Below, one piece after another: positions 10,663 through 21,409 of a DNA stretch of 64,000 bases (within the stretch, counting starts at the first letter, position 1; each line of letters begins with the position of its first letter). The stretch lies in NCBI GenBank assembly GCA_965237955.1, contig OZ250169.1:7968001-8032000 (forward strand). Reading direction: 5' to 3'. The translations under genes and the position numbers were made by a program. The DNA comes from Candidatus Marinacidobacterales bacterium (lineage in GTDB: Bacteria; Acidobacteriota; Vicinamibacteria; Marinacidobacterales; SMYC01). A model generated the notes under the pieces. It did no database searches and was not told the origin of the DNA. It worked only from the letters and a program-made list of their open reading frames with translations.

Positions 10663-12732
10663 ATGAAATCGACATTCGCAGTGACTGCTCTTTTGGCTGC
10701 GTTTGTGGCTTACACGACGATCGCCATGGCGCAGTCCAACCATTTCGAGATGATGGACGTCTTTCAGCTCGAGTTTGCCTCCGATCCACAAATCTCGCCT
10801 GACGGAAAGCACATTGTCTATGAGCGCAACTCGATGGACATCATGGAAGACCGTCGGAGAACCGAGCTGTGGACGGTAGACGCCGACGGCAGCAACCACC
10901 GCAAGCTAACGAGTAGATCCGTTGGCGAGTCTTCACCCCGCTGGTCACCCGACGGCTCCATGCTCGCCTACCTGTCCAAAGAGGAAGGCAAGACCCAGAT
11001 TTTTCTGCGCTGGATGGACACGGGCCAATCGGCGGTTTTAACGCAAGTGCTCGACTCGCCGCGACAAATCGCCTGGTCTCCGGACGGTCAATACATTGCT
11101 TTTTCCATGCTCGTGCCCGAGCCGGAGCCTTCGCTGGCCACGCTTCCGGCAAAACCGAAAGGAGCCAAGTGGGCCGACCCGCCCAAGCTGATCGAGCGGG
11201 TCCGCAATCGCGCGGACGGCACAGGGTATCTTCCGCATGGATTCAATCATCTCTTCGTTGTTCCCGTCTCTGGAGGCACGGCAAGGCAAGTCACGACGGG
11301 CGACTTCCACCATCGCAGCGCGCTCTCCTGGACTCCGGACAGCAAGACGCTCGTCTTCTCGGCGAACCGGAACGAGAACTGGGAGTACGAGTTCAAAAAC
11401 TCGGAGATCTACTCGGTCTCGCTCGAGGACGGAGAAATCCGGGCGCTGACGGACAAGAACGGCCCTGACGAGAGCCCCGTGGTCTCGCCAGACGGGAACA
11501 GCATCGCCTACCTGGGTTACGACGACAAGATCCGAACCTATCAGGTGACCGAGCTTCACATCATGAACATCGACGGCACGGGTAAAGGCCGTCTCACCGA
11601 ATCGCTGGACCGCAGTGCTTCCGATCCGGTCTGGTCGAGCGACGGCCGCGGCCTGTTCTTCCAGTATGACAGCGAAGGCAACACGAAGATCGCCCACGTC
11701 ACGCTGGACGGTGAAGTGCGCGTTCTTGCACACGACCTCGGAGGTACCTCCTACGGTCGTCCGTATGGCGGCGGCTCGTTCTCTGTAGCGGAAAGCGGTG
11801 CCTTTGCTTTCACGCTCACGCGGCCGGAGCGCCCGGGCGACGTCGCGCTGGGAACGCTTAGTGGTTCGCGCGTCAAGTATCTCACCGCGCTCAATGACGA
11901 CCTGCTAGCGCACAAGACAGTCGGGGCGGTCGAAGAAATCTGGTTCGACTCATCCTTCGATGGACGGAAGATTCAAGGCTGGATTGTCAAGCCGCCCGAC
12001 TTCGACCCACAGCGCAAGTACCCGTTGATTCTCGAGATCCACGGCGGCCCCATCTCGAACTACGGCGATCGTTTCTCCGCCGAGTTACAGCTTTACGCCA
12101 CCGCGGGCTACGTGGTCCTCTATACGAATCCACGCGGAAGCACGAGCTACGGCGGAGAGTTCGGCGATCTTCTTTACCACAATTATCCGGGCGAGGATTA
12201 CGACGACGTGATTTCGGGCGTCGACGCGGTGATCGCCAAGGGATATGTCGACGACTGTAACCTGTTCGTCACAGGTGGGAGCGCGGGTGGCATCCTTACG
12301 GCCTGGATCGTGGGCAAGACCAACCGCTTCACTGCCGCGGTAGCAGCAAAGCCGGTCATCAACTGGTACAGCAAGGTTCTGGTCGCGGACAACTACTACG
12401 TCTACCACAACTACCGCTACCCCGGCTCACCCTGGGAGAACCCCGAAGCCTACATGAAGTTCTCCCCTATCTCCCTCGTGGGGAATGTGGAGACACCGAC
12501 GCTGCTTCTGACGGGCGACGCCGACTTGCGCACACCTTTGTCGGAGTCCGAGCAGTTCTTCCATGCGCTGCTGCTGCGGCGGATCGACACCGCGGTCGTG
12601 CGCATTCCTGGAGCGTCCCACAACATCGTGGCGCGGCCGAGCCAGCTCATCGCCAAGGTAGCGAACATCATCGCCTGGTTCGAGCGCTACCGCGACGAGG
12701 GACCGGGGACGGCGACGACCGAGCAGCCTTAA
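10663..12732 (+). CDS. S9 family peptidase (dipeptidyl aminopeptidase/acylaminoacyl peptidase) with signal peptide
   Basis: MKSTF signal peptide, PD40 repeats, IHGGP, GGSAGG nucleophile, D-R-P and GASH. Confidence 0.9.
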   Translation: MKSTFAVTALLAAFVAYTTIAMAQSNHFEMMDVFQLEFASDPQISPDGKHIVYERNSMDIMEDRRRTELWTVDADGSNHRKLTSRSVGESSPRWSPDGSMLAYLSKEEGKTQIFLRWMDTGQSAVLTQVLDSPRQIAWSPDGQYIAFSMLVPEPEPSLATLPAKPKGAKWADPPKLIERVRNRADGTGYLPHGFNHLFVVPVSGGTARQVTTGDFHHRSALSWTPDSKTLVFSANRNENWEYEFKNSEIYSVSLEDGEIRALTDKNGPDESPVVSPDGNSIAYLGYDDKIRTYQVTELHIMNIDGTGKGRLTESLDRSASDPVWSSDGRGLFFQYDSEGNTKIAHVTLDGEVRVLAHDLGGTSYGRPYGGGSFSVAESGAFAFTLTRPERPGDVALGTLSGSRVKYLTALNDDLLAHKTVGAVEEIWFDSSFDGRKIQGWIVKPPDFDPQRKYPLILEIHGGPISNYGDRFSAELQLYATAGYVVLYTNPRGSTSYGGEFGDLLYHNYPGEDYDDVISGVDAVIAKGYVDDCNLFVTGGSAGGILTAWIVGKTNRFTAAVAAKPVINWYSKVLVADNYYVYHNYRYPGSPWENPEAYMKFSPISLVGNVETPTLLLTGDADLRTPLSESEQFFHALLLRRIDTAVVRIPGASHNIVARPSQLIAKVANIIAWFERYRDEGPGTATTEQP

Positions 12733-12895
12733 CGGTTTCTTCTCTTAGGTCACGATGTCGATTAGCCCCGCGCAGCATAGGAAACTGGGGTTGTTCAAGG
12801 TACCGATAACGTCTCCATGGATTCAGACTGCGAAAGCCTCAGGAAGAAGATGATTGGAAAGCCGTATTCTGGAAAACCGACGAAAGGAGGAAAGG

Positions 12896-12993
12896 ATGCT
12901 TAAGAAGCATAAGATCTTGTTGGCATTGGTACTTGTTGGGGGATTAACATTTGTTGGTTTTCTAACGAGCTGCAAGATTTCAGAAGTAGAACC
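12896..12993 (+). pseudogene. 5' stub of an exported (lipo)protein cut by IS
   Basis: AAGGAGG RBS, MLKKHKILLALVLVGGLTFVGFLTSC signal-like peptide ending at IR. Confidence 0.5.
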
Positions 12994-14078
12994 GGCGTTG
13001 TTGCACGGCCCGGAGCAAATCGCTGACCTCCCTGTGCCGGTTGCAGAGTCACCCGGCGCAGTACGTATCGGGCATCCCGAGCGCAGCCATCTTGTTGAGT
13101 ATCTCGCACCCAATTCGGTGTTCAACTCGTTGCCTCGCCAACGTTCGAGCCCGCATCTCCGGCCCGATGATCGCCTTGTAACGATAGACCGCGTTCTCCA
13201 CCATGCTTCGCTTGGTGTAGCCTGAGAGCTTGTACCATTCACGTCGGCCGTGTCTTCCGATTGCACGAATATGGCGATCGCGCTCCTGCATGGCGGTGTT
13301 CGAATTCTGACTGAGCGTCGCGTTTCGTTGCGGCGGAATCACCACGCGCGTCCTTCGTCCAGGACTGTGCGCTTCGATGGCTTCGTAGACCGCTTCCTTG
13401 TCGTATGCACTGTCCGCCGCCACCGACACTAGAGGTGCTTGAATCTGTGTTAGCAAAGCGGGGACTCGGGTTGCGTCGCGAGCTCGTGACGCCGTCAGTT
13501 CGGACGCAACAATGTTCCCTGTCTCGCGATCAACGGCGATGTGCAACTTGCGCCATGCGCGCTGCTTTGGCGGTTTGCGAGCGTTTCCAACATGAATCCT
13601 CAAGCCCGTGCTATCGATCATCAGGTGGATGGGTTGAGTGCTCGCGGCTTTCGGAATCCGCAGCTTCTTGCGGAGCAACCTCGAGCGCCGACACAACGTC
13701 GAGTAGTCCTGGATCTCGATACCGAGTCCGAGAAGCGAGGCGATCGAGTGCAAGAAGCCTTCGGTTTGTCGGTAGGCGAGCTTGTACACCTTCCGGACAA
13801 CCAGGCCCGTTTCAATCGCCATGTCTGAATAGACCCGTTGACCGCCAGGCTTACCGGTCTTGTCGGCCTTCCAGTTCGCGATTGCCTCCTCGTCAAACCA
13901 GACTGTCAAATCGCCCCGGCGGCGCAGCCCTTCGTTGTATTCCGCCCAGTTGCGAACGTGGTACTTCTTCTGCTTCGCGTGCTTGTACTGGCAGCGCTTG
14001 GGATACTTCATGCTCGAACATACCTCGGCCACCACCATAGGCGGATTTCGCTCTCAGCCAGAGCGGTGCAACAACGCC
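12994..14078 (-). mobile_element. IS903-group element A, copy 4 (transposase 13049..14038)
   Basis: IRs and ORF as copy 1; no TSD. Confidence 0.95.
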
Positions 14079-14140
14079 CAGCTGAGTTGCAGATCGAAAT
14101 GGCACGGCCACCGCGACCGTAGCAGCGCCGATCAAGGCGC

Positions 14141-15370
14141 CTAGAGCTTCCAAGCCACCGTGCCTTCCGGGTGGTCGTACCATCCAGGATCTTCGTAAGA
14201 CGTGATGCCCTCCCGAATCTTGACCACGGTAAACATGCCACCCATTTCGATCGGACCGAAGGGTCCATCGCCCGTCATCATCGGAAGCGTATTGCGCACG
14301 CCTCTCATATGCGCGGCATGGCTCGCGTGCTCGGCCATTCCGGTCTCTCCCATGGCCATGTAGCCGAGAACCAACTTGGAGATCTTTGAACCCACATCCG
14401 ATTGGTCTACCCCGATGACATTGGGAATGTCATGCTCCATGACATTCATCGCGTGATGGTTCTTGTGACAGTGCAAAGGCCAGTCGCCGGGGTTGTCGGC
14501 TACGAATTCCACAACACGACAAGTTCCGGGAGCCACGTTCATGGTGGTCTCGGGCCAGTAAGCGGTGTCCGGCAGCTGTCCGCCATCGGTTTCCACGACT
14601 CGAAAAGAGTGTCCATGAATGTGGATGGGGTGGGAATCCATACTCAAATTCGCGAAACGGATCCTCACCCTCTGGTCCTTTCGAACCACGAGCGGAGAGG
14701 TTCCAGGATAGGCTCTTGCATTGAACGTGAACGTGTTGAAATCGGTAATGATGTTCGGGTTTGGTGTGAACGAGCCCGGCTCCACGTACCATTCCGCAAG
14801 AAAGACGGCAAAGTCGCGATCGATGGGCTGCGCTCGCCGCTTCGGGTGAATCACTAGAAAGCCCATCATCCCCATTGCCATCTGGACCGTTTCATCGGCA
14901 TGCGGGTGATACATGTAGGTTCCGTGCTGTCGCAGGGTGAACTCGTAGGCAAAGGTTTCCCCTGGCTTGATGTGCGGTTGCGTCAGACCTCCGACACCAT
15001 CCATGCCGTTGGGCAGAATAATCCCGTGCCAGTGAATCGTGGTGTGCTCGGGAAGACGATTGGTCACGAGAAGGCGAACGCGATCGCCCTCGACGGCCTC
15101 AATAGTCGGACCAGGGGTCATCCCGTTATAGCCCCAACAGTTCACCATCATGCCAGGGGCAAATTCGCGCTTGACCGGCTCGGCGATGAGATGAAACTCC
15201 TTGACGCCGTCCTTCATCACGTAAGGGAGCGTGGCTCCGTCCGGAGTTTCGACCGGGGTGTAACCCAATGGGTCGGCGGCGGTGCCGCTGCTGGAGCCGG
15301 CGCGCGTTAGTCCGGCAAGTCCGGTTGCGGCTGCTGCACTCTGCCAAAAACCACGTCGGGTGAACTTCAT
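14141..15370 (-). CDS. Tat-exported multicopper oxidase
   Basis: TRRGF Tat signal; HWHG, MYHPH, HPIHIHGH and HCHKNHH copper ligands. Confidence 0.92.
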   Translation of the reverse strand: MKFTRRGFWQSAAAATGLAGLTRAGSSSGTAADPLGYTPVETPDGATLPYVMKDGVKEFHLIAEPVKREFAPGMMVNCWGYNGMTPGPTIEAVEGDRVRLLVTNRLPEHTTIHWHGIILPNGMDGVGGLTQPHIKPGETFAYEFTLRQHGTYMYHPHADETVQMAMGMMGFLVIHPKRRAQPIDRDFAVFLAEWYVEPGSFTPNPNIITDFNTFTFNARAYPGTSPLVVRKDQRVRIRFANLSMDSHPIHIHGHSFRVVETDGGQLPDTAYWPETTMNVAPGTCRVVEFVADNPGDWPLHCHKNHHAMNVMEHDIPNVIGVDQSDVGSKISKLVLGYMAMGETGMAEHASHAAHMRGVRNTLPMMTGDGPFGPIEMGGMFTVVKIREGITSYEDPGWYDHPEGTVAWKL

Positions 15371-16773
15371 GGTGTGACCTCCTTCTTCGGCTCGGGCCGT
15401 TCAGACGTTTTCTGAGTACTCGGTCCAAGGCGCCCACCGAGCGCTCTTTCGAGCTCTACACGCGCAATCCAATAGTCACGCCACGCTTCGATATAAGCGC
15501 GCTCGGTCTCCACTTCGCGCTCCCGCGCCGCGAGCAGGTCGTAGGTGCCCTGCAGCATCATGTTGTATTGCTCGAGCGTAAGCTCCACAATCTGTTGTCG
15601 CTGCGGGAGCAGCCGATCACGGTAATACTCGGTCAACTCACGCGACGCGATCATGAAGTCTCGCGCCAGACGGACTTCCGAGCGCGCGTGAATCGAAAGA
15701 TTCTCCAAACGACGTTGCGACTGAAGAAGTTGGGACTCTAGCCGCGCGACCGCGGCCTGCCCCTGATCAAAAATGGGGATCTGGATCCCGAGCGACGGCC
15801 CAGTCACACGCCGGCCATCCGGGTCTTTCTCGGATTCGACACCGATCTCGATGCCTACGGGAAAAAATCGAGTACCTTTGGTAAGCGCTAGCGCGCGTGC
15901 CAACTGCTCGACCCCCTTCCGCGCGGCGGCCACATCGAATCTCTGCTCGAGCGCGACGGCCTCGAAGGACTCCGGGTGCGGATCCGTGCGAGGGAGAGAG
16001 GGCAGCCCTCTTCCAGCGCGCCAACGAACCTCTTCGCCCCATAGTCCCATGTGACGGTTCAGCGCCTCGCGTCGTCGACGTAGGTCGAGCTCGGCCTTCA
16101 CGATATCGACGCGTATCTGATTGTAAACAGCCCGATGTTGCTCCAGATCGAGCTCGTTCAAGTTGCCAGCTTGCTCCTGAACTGCGGCGAACTCAGAAGC
16201 GGCCAGACGGATCTCCCCCATCAACTCGAGTCGCTCGAGCAACTCTTGGCTGGCGAGGAGCTCATAGAAGGCCGTTTTCACATCAGCTGCCAGCCGAATC
16301 ACTTCGTCGGCGACGCGCAGCTTCGTGCGTTCGAGCTCAACGCTCGCAAGCTCCTTCTTGAGTGGCAGGATGAAGACATCCAGGAAGTCGAGAGCAAGAC
16401 CCACCTCGGAACGGCTCCAGTGAAACGCCTGGTTGCTGATACGTGACGCCTGAGCCAGATCGGCTTGAGAGATGCCAATCTCCTCGAAACTTGCGAGAAG
16501 CGCGCGATTGTTCAAAAGGGCGATGCGCACGGCCGTGTCGACGTCAATCGACTCGGCCAGGAGATCGTGAACGACCTGTCGGGTCACTTCCGTCTGCTCG
16601 GCGTTCCGGGGCCATTCAGGTGCATGGCCCGAACGAGAGGCGACCTTCTGTCGCATGTCCTCGAACGCCGGTCGAGGATTGGTACTCGCGCATCCGCTCA
16701 GCCCGAGTAGCGCCACGCTCCCGAGAAGCGAGCCTCCGAGGAAGCGCGCGATGTAACGAAGAGCGTTACTCAC
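15367..16773 (-). CDS. TolC-family outer membrane lipoprotein of a copper-resistance module
   Basis: LSGC lipobox, helical OEP repeats, IPIFDQGQ; 4-nt overlaps with both neighbours. Confidence 0.85.
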   Translation of the reverse strand: MSNALRYIARFLGGSLLGSVALLGLSGCASTNPRPAFEDMRQKVASRSGHAPEWPRNAEQTEVTRQVVHDLLAESIDVDTAVRIALLNNRALLASFEEIGISQADLAQASRISNQAFHWSRSEVGLALDFLDVFILPLKKELASVELERTKLRVADEVIRLAADVKTAFYELLASQELLERLELMGEIRLAASEFAAVQEQAGNLNELDLEQHRAVYNQIRVDIVKAELDLRRRREALNRHMGLWGEEVRWRAGRGLPSLPRTDPHPESFEAVALEQRFDVAAARKGVEQLARALALTKGTRFFPVGIEIGVESEKDPDGRRVTGPSLGIQIPIFDQGQAAVARLESQLLQSQRRLENLSIHARSEVRLARDFMIASRELTEYYRDRLLPQRQQIVELTLEQYNMMLQGTYDLLAAREREVETERAYIEAWRDYWIARVELERALGGRLGPSTQKTSERPEPKKEVTP

Positions 16774-17141
16774 GGGACCGGATCCTCTCTCAGCACGAGC
16801 GTCATCCCGCAACGAGGGCAGCTGCTCCCCTCCTCGCCGGTAACGTCCGGGTGCATCGGACAGGCGTAAACCATCTCAGCCATCTCGTGGTGGTGCTGCG
16901 AATGGGAGCTCGCGGGCGATGGACTCTCCGATCCAGCCTCTGACTCCTCGTTGGAGTCCGCGGAAAGACCCGTGCTATATGGAGACTCCCCGCCAATCGC
17001 CGCACGGGGATCGCTGGGATCCGGCTGCGACAGCTGCGAAATCGTGACCGAGCACCCGGAAGCGAGCACGGCCGCGACCCACACCAGACTCGCGCTGGAT
17101 GGTAAATAACGAGACGACAACATTTTGCTAATGAGTGTCAT
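16770..17141 (-). CDS. Heavy-metal-binding domain lipoprotein
   Basis: ASGC lipobox, His-rich stretch, YACPMHP..CPRCGMTL. Confidence 0.8.
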   Translation of the reverse strand: MTLISKMLSSRYLPSSASLVWVAAVLASGCSVTISQLSQPDPSDPRAAIGGESPYSTGLSADSNEESEAGSESPSPASSHSQHHHEMAEMVYACPMHPDVTGEEGSSCPRCGMTLVLREDPVP

Positions 17142-17242
17142 TTCTCGACCTCAACACTGGTAAGCCAAGCGAAAGGGATTCCCGCGAACTGGGAAAGTGA
17201 TCGGATTGTGCGCTCGCGGGAGCGACTAGCGAGGTTGTCGCC

Positions 17243-17647
17243 TCAAATCAACAAGACGGTGCTGCGGACATAGGGAAGGAGAGGATTGGTCAGGCTGACG
17301 GACGCCTCGCGGAGCACGCCGTATGAAGGGATGTCCGTTTCAATCGGAAGACGTTCGAGTGGAGCAGCAAACTTCGAGGCTTTGGCGGCAACTTTCTCGA
17401 AGCGCGACGCCGAGACCATCCTCCAGCTCGCGTGGTTGCTGCAGCCCTCGTTCTCTGAAGGCTCGGGCGTTTCGTCGTGACAGTTCCCCGGGCTCCTAGG
17501 CACGGAAGAGCTGTGCTCCGCACTCTGGTGGATGGCATGTGTCTCCTCGCATGGGAGCGCGAGGCACTGGGCAAGGCATTGACCCTGAGCGACGATGGAA
17601 AAACACAGCATCAACAGCGTCGCTCGAAGCATCCGTGTTCCAGCCAT
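17243..17647 (-). CDS. Cys/His-rich hypothetical protein upstream of the copper module
   Basis: CLAQC..CHD motifs typical of leaders of metal-resistance operons. Confidence 0.5.
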   Translation of the reverse strand: MAGTRMLRATLLMLCFSIVAQGQCLAQCLALPCEETHAIHQSAEHSSSVPRSPGNCHDETPEPSENEGCSNHASWRMVSASRFEKVAAKASKFAAPLERLPIETDIPSYGVLREASVSLTNPLLPYVRSTVLLI

Positions 17648-17840
17648 CAGGCTCTAATTATAGGTCAATTGAAAGATACACCAAACTCACTCTCGAACAA
17701 TCGGCTCGCTCGTACCGCCCACCGAAAGATGATACAAGAACTCTATTAGTTGGAGATAAAATCATGAGGTCATTCGTCGCTATCGCAACGTTCACCGCGA
17801 TCCTCTTCTCGTCTGCTTTCGCCTCTTCTCATGAACGGAA

Positions 17841-18925
17841 GGCGTTGTTGCACGGCCCGGAGCAAATCGCTGACCTCCCTGTGCCGGTTGCAGAGTCACC
17901 CGGCGCAGTACGTATCGGGCATCCCGAGCGCAGCCATCTTGTTGAGTATCTCGCACCCAATTCGGTGTTCAACTCGTTGCCTCGCCAACGTTCGAGCCCG
18001 CATCTCCGGCCCGATGATCGCCTTGTAACGATAGACCGCGTTCTCCACCATGCTTCGCTTGGTGTAGCCTGAGAGCTTGTACCATTCACGTCGGCCGTGT
18101 CTTTCGATTGCACGAATATGGCGATCGCGCTCCTGCATGGCGGTGTTCGAATTCTGACTGAGCGTCGCGTTTCGTTGCGGCGGAATCACCACGCGCGTCC
18201 TTCGTCCAGGACTGTGCGCTTCGATGGCTTCGTAGACCGCTTCCTTGTCGTATGCACTGTCCGCCGCCACCGACACTAGAGGTGCTTGAATCTGTGTTAG
18301 CAAAGCGGGGACTCGGGTTGCGTCGCGAGCTCGTGACGCCGTCAGTTCGGACGCAACAATGTTCCCTGTCTCGCGATCAACGGCGATGTGCAACTTGCGC
18401 CATGCGCGCTGCTTTGGCGGTTTGCGAGCGTTTCCAACATGAATCCTCAAGCCCGTGCTATCGATCATCAGGTGGATGGGTTGAGTGCTCGCGGCTTTCG
18501 GAATCCGCAGCTTCTTGCGGAGCAACCTCGAGCGCCGACACAACGTCGAGTAGTCCTGGATCTCGATACCGAGCCCGAGAAGCGAGGCGATCGAGTGCAA
18601 GAAGCCTTCGGTTTGTCGGTAGGCGAGCTTGTACACCTTCCGGACAACCAGGCCCGTTTCAATCGCCATGTCTGAATAGACCCGTTGACCGCCAGGCTTA
18701 CCGGTCTTGTCGGCCTTCCAGTTCGCGATTGCCTCCTCGTCAAACCAGACTGTCAAATCGCCCCGGCGGCGCAGCCCTTCGTTGTATTCCGCCCAGTTGC
18801 GAACGTGGTACTTCTTCTGCTTCGCGTGCTTGTACTGGCAGCGCTTGGGATACTTCATGCTCGAACATACCTCGGCCACCACCATAGGCGGATTTCGCTC
18901 TCAGCCAGAGCGGTGCAACAACGCC
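17841..18925 (-). mobile_element. IS903-group element A, copy 5 (transposase 17896..18885)
   Basis: IRs and ORF as copy 1; truncates a signal-peptide ORF starting at 17763; no TSD. Confidence 0.95.
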
Positions 18926-19604
18926 GCTCGAGGGCGCGAGAGTCTGCGGGGTCGAAAGACGCGGCAAGTTCCTCGTTTTTGATCTGGGACGAGCGCGTTC
19001 GGCGGTGCTCGTGCACTTGGGGATGACGGGGACGTTCGCGCGCGTGACTAAAAAGGCAGAGCTCCCCAAGTTCACCCGCGCGACGCTCGAGCTGTCTCGC
19101 GGCGAGCGCATTGCTTTTCTCGACCGACGACGGCTCGGGGAGTTTCGCCTCGTTACGGAAAAGGAAAAAAAGCGCCTCGACGCGCTCGGAGTGGAGCCTC
19201 TGGAGCGTGAGTTCACACCCGCTCGCCTTTACGAGCTCGTGCAAAAGTCCGCGCGTCCGATCAAGATTTTTCTCATGGATCAGAAACGCATCGCGGGGAT
19301 TGGAAACATCCATGCCGCCGAAGCTCTTTTTCTCGCCGGTATCCATCCGGAGCGAAGCGCGTCCGGACTGACACGAGAAGAAAGCGTGCTCCTCGCCCGT
19401 TACATCCGCCGCGAGCTCCGGGCTGAGATCGCGCGATCGCGCTCGGAAAACCTCAGGTATCTACAGCAGGGCGAAGCGAACCGGTTCCGGGTGTACGGGC
19501 ACGCGGATGAGCCGTGCCCGCGATGTGGTGCGTCGATTGCAAAACTCGTCCAAGGGGGGCGATCCAGCTACTATTGCCCCGAGTGCCAACCCAAGAGGAA
19601 ATGA
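18926..19604 (+). pseudogene. mutM: 3' part of formamidopyrimidine-DNA glycosylase (Fpg), catalytic N-terminus missing
   Basis: HLGMTG, LMDQKRIAGIGNI H2TH motif, CPRC..CPECQ zinc finger. Confidence 0.88.
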
Positions 19605-19605
19605 C

Positions 19606-21409
19606 ATGAACCGCGAAGATCTGAGCCTGTCGACACGAGCCATCCATTCAGGCGCGAGTGGACCGCGCGAGAATCGACCCGTCGTCCCGCCCATCCATTT
19701 GTCCGCGACGTTCGAATCGAAAGACGTCGACGAGCAAGTTGCCATCGAAGAGGCGAAAGCCGATATGTTCTACACCCGCTACGGCAATCCTACCCTCACG
19801 ATTGCCGAGCGCACCGTCGCCTAGTCCCCTGGAACAGAAAAAGCTAGACAACACCGGCCCTTCTGTGATCTGCTAAATGCATGAAACACAAGGGCCGGCG
19901 AAAAGCCGAATTGAAGCTGTCGTCTCAAGAAAGCGAAGCGCTGACGCGACTGGCGCGACGCAGCCGTAGTTCGCCGCACCAAGCCTTCCGAGCGAAGATC
20001 GTGCTGGATTGCGCGGCGGGTCTGACGAATATGGAAGTTGCTAGGAAGATGCACACCATGAGGAGCACGGTGGGCAAGTGGCGAAGACGCTTTGTAGAAC
20101 AACGAATGGAAGGGTTGTACGACGAACCTCGGCCGGGAGCGGCTCGCAAAATCGGCGATGACCAGATCGAGGAAGTCGTGACCAAGACGCTGGAGACGAC
20201 TCCAAAGGGGAGAACCCATTGGAGTACGCGCTCGATGGCCAAGCATCTTGGGCTGAGTCATTCGACGATTGGACGTATTTGGCGAACGTTCGGGCTTCAA
20301 CCGCACCGCTCGGAATCGTTTCGTCTCTCGCAAGACCCACAACTGGTCGAAAAAGTACGCGACGTTGTTGGCCTGTATATGAACCCACCGGATAACGCGG
20401 TCGTCCTGTGCGTCGACGAGAAATCGCAGATTCAAGCGCTCGAGCGTGCTCAACCTGTCCTGCCCATGAGCTTGGGCCAGCCCGAGCGACAAACCCACGA
20501 CTACATTCGGCATGGAACGACTGACCTGTTTGCCGCACTCGACGCCGCAACAGGTGAAGTCTTCGGAAAGTGCTACGCGCGACATCGAGCGCTAGAGTTC
20601 AAGAAGTTCCTCGCTGAGATCGAAGCAGCCGTTCCCAGCGAGTTGGACATCCACGTCGTGCTCGACAATCTCGCCACGCACAAGACACCGGCGATCAAAC
20701 GCTGGCTTTCCAAGCGACCTCGGTTCCACTTTCACTTCACACCGACACACGCCTCTTGGCTCAACTTCGCTGAGCGCTTCTTTGGCTTGCTCACCGAACA
20801 CGCCTTGCGACGAGGCTCGCACACGAGCGTGCCTCAGCTCCGCGTTGCGATACAAGACTATCTCGATGCTCACAACGAGAACCCAAAGCCGTTCAAGTGG
20901 ACGAAATCCGCCGACCAAATCCTCGAAACCATCGCTCGGTTCGCCCAGCGAACGCTCGATACACATGGCAAATCGAATTTGGACAGTAATTAAAGATCCA
21001 GGGGACTAGCTCGAAGGAGCAGAATCGGCCGCGGTGTTCGGCTCGGGGATGGCCGCCATTACCACGACGCTTCTCGCGCACTTGCAGCGGGGCGACCACG
21101 CGGTCTTTCAGCGCGAGGTTTACGGCGGAGTCCATCGATTTGCCTACGAGCTCCTTCCGCGCTACGGCGTCGACGTCAGCTGGTTCGAGGCCACCGATGT
21201 CTCCGGCTTCGAAAGCGCGATTCGAGACAACACCAAAGTGGTGTACGTAGAATCACCGACGAACCCGACGTTGAAGCTCGTGGATATCGAGCGCGTCACG
21301 TCGGTAGCGAGACCACGAGGCATCGTCTCACTCATTGATTCGACGTTCGCCACTCCGCTCAACACCCAGCCGCACACGCTCGGCGTCGACGGCGTCCTGC
21401 ACTCCGCTA
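19606..21409 (+). pseudogene. Cys/Met metabolism PLP enzyme (methionine gamma-lyase/cystathionine gamma-synthase type), split by IS630 and 3'-truncated by IS903-A
   Basis: YTRYGNPT, FGSGMAA, ESPTNP, DSTFATP, HSA; cut just before the PLP lysine. Confidence 0.88.
19821..21009 (+). mobile_element. IS630-family element at a CTAG target (transposase 19881..20993)
   Basis: CTAGTCCCCTG..CAGGGGACTAG ends; [27 protein letters not shown] motifs. Confidence 0.93.
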
